Origin: Lingula anatina
Taxonomy: Eukaryota; Animalia; Brachiopoda
DNA length: 64,000 nucleotides
NCBI GenBank assembly: GCA_051362555.1
Contig: CM120646.1
Location: 19,716,001-19,780,000, forward strand
Reading direction: 5' to 3'
The translations under genes and the position numbers were made by a program. The first letter of the stretch is position 1. Each line of letters begins with the position of its first letter. The notes below the pieces were generated by a model. The model saw only the letters and a list, made by a program, of their open reading frames with translations. It did not search any database and was not told the origin of the DNA. This document shows positions 61,786 through 64,000 of the stretch, in pieces.

Positions 61786-64000
61786 CTGAATCAATACATA
61801 CAAAACTGAGTTATATTAAGTGACACAGTAAATTATATAAGAAAAGAATGATCATCAATGATCATATTAAAACGTTACCTATCACCTTTTGTGAAGTTTC
61901 ACAGCAGTTGTTGGGTCGAGAAACTATAACTTTAATTTGGTTCATCATCAACATCATCTGTAGTTTTAGGACAGGCTTTGGAGACGAGAAACTGCCCTTT
62001 TAAACCAGTTCTTTGTCCTCTTAAAACTGAGAGGTGAGAGTTAGCTAAAATAAGGGAGAGATAACTGTCAAAATATTCAAGGGAACAACATATCATCCAC
62101 ATGTTTAGAGTTATGTCTAGGGACATTTAATAGGTTTACTTGCTTGGGATAACATATTGCATGTCCTGGGTTCCTGTCATGTCTAATATCAGATATACTA
62201 ATCAAAAATTAAAAGTGTTGTCAAGGTTCAAAGTGGTGATATCTAAGACAGGAATGGGGGCAAAGACTAATCAGTGGAAAAATTTAGAAAAATATCTAAA
62301 TCTAAATCTAAGACAGATCAAACACGCATTCTTAAAAAAAAAAAAACGTTATAAAAAATCACAAAAACTGTCATATTTGGCATGCGTGGAACATTTCTTA
62401 ACAGACAGGTGCAAATGTAATGAAACACGATCCATAGAAGTCAAGAACACAATTCTTGAATCTCTTGGAAGTTTGATTACCGACTCAAAAACTGTTGGTT
62501 TCCCTTCACCAGTTATATTAGTTCCAGTATACAGAGAAGAATAAATGTAAAAGCTTAAAAAGCATTGTGTCAGTTTTGTATAGAGGAACAATCACCTCAT
62601 ATACTGACCAATTTTTTTCTGTAAATTTAAAAGGAATCAGATATATGTCATGTTGACAGGGCTCACTGCTGATATCTGAAGGGATGTTTAGACTGTGGAG
62701 TTTTGATTCATATTTCCTGCTGGTGCTGGTGTTGGCGGTGGTGGTGGTGGTGGTGGTGGGGGGGGGGTGTCAAGTCAATTGTTATAAAATCATGCAAAAT
62801 GGGAACACAGTAAAACACAGAAAAAAATTCTATACATTGAGGAAAAAACCTATTTAAACCATGCAGAAAGTGCTCAACTTTTTTTCAGACAAATTAATGC
62901 AGTTTATCCAAACATTTTGCGATATTGCAAGTAGAAGAACTGTAAAATATTGCAATACAGATAAAGCATTTGCTTGAAGTTAAAAAAAAAAATAAAATAA
63001 AAAATAAAAAAAATCAAAAAAGCCTAGAACCCCTCATCTTGTTAGACAATAATTAACTAGACTGTAGCAAATATGAGGTATGATAATTTGTGTCAGAGGT
63101 AACTTTTTAGACAAAAGAAGCAATTTAGCTTTGACTGGAGTTGACAATATAAATATACACCAAGTATAAAGCTGTGTGTAAAATCTGGATTAGAAATGCA
63201 GTTGTCTTCAATTATTCTCTCTCATGGCCTACATTTGCAATTTCTAATTTCAGTATATAAACTGAACAAATTTTAGAGACTGTCTCTATTAATTATACTT
63301 ACAGAGATCATTTACTTCTAAGATATCCTTTCTCTAAATATCTTTGACTTCTTCCAACCTCCCCCCCCCCCAAACATATTTCTTTATCAGGTTTCCCAAT
63401 ACTTAAATCTATTCAAAAAAATCTATTCAAAATATTCTTGATAGCATTCAAAATTCAGATTTTACACTGAACCTGAACATTGCAGAGACTGCAGGTATGA
63501 AATATTAATTTGCAGAGTTTCAATTTATCATACCACTTTGGGTAACATATACATCCATATTGGTCACTTTACAAGCAGAGACATATTCAAGCTCTGATAA
63601 AAGTCATAGTAGTGTTCTTACTGGCTGCATAGATCAAACCATGAGCATATTTATAGAAGTTTTCGAGAAAAAAAAAATCTTAAACTTTTTATCTGGTGTT
63701 ATTAAAACTGCCTGGATTTTCCAAAATCACTTCCTATATTTGATCCATGCCAAATAAGGCAGCTGAGACCTAATAACTAACCCAAAAAGCAATACTTGTA
63801 TAGGCATAAATTGTTACATTGAGCACAGAAAGCCTAGAGATATACATCGTACAGTTTGGTAGACCCATATATCAATTGTCTATCACACTGGTAGCTGGAA
63901 TAATGCCATGCATTGGAAGCTTCTCCTGACAGTCATGTGTGCACAGATAAAGCCTGAATACACCTGGCATACTGCCTGGCATGTCATACTGCCTGGCATG

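Noticed and set aside
62140-62591. 134-aa and 80-aa ORFs in the large NDUFS2 intron
   Set aside because: Low-complexity AT-rich translations with no motifs or splice support.

Overview
AT-rich, intron-rich metazoan genomic DNA, most likely an invertebrate (lophotrochozoan/mollusc-like; inferred from repeat types and gene structure). It is not prokaryotic, and most ORF-track entries are exon fragments or spurious. Gene order: (1) a head-to-tail tandem array of four paralogues of an uncharacterised ~160-aa two-coding-exon gene, plus a 5' remnant of a fifth unit (1-12.3 kb); (2) ATP synthase subunit g (ATP5MG, +); (3) a 15-exon SIK3 kinase (+) with a Met gatekeeper and a C-terminal KA1-like domain; (4) a 7-exon type I membrane protein with two Ig-like domains (+); (5) the bHLH-zip factor USF (-), head-to-head with (6) SRP receptor alpha (SRPRA, +), whose terminal exon I could not find; (7) the 3' part of NDUFS2 (-). 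Mobile DNA includes several MITEs with clear target-site duplications, a 3' CR1/L2-type LINE fragment, and a 3.7-kb Helentron/HINE-like element carrying a 146-bp satellite, a nested MITE and a duplicated 3' end. All exon models were built by eye from splice signals and phase continuity; no database searches were run.
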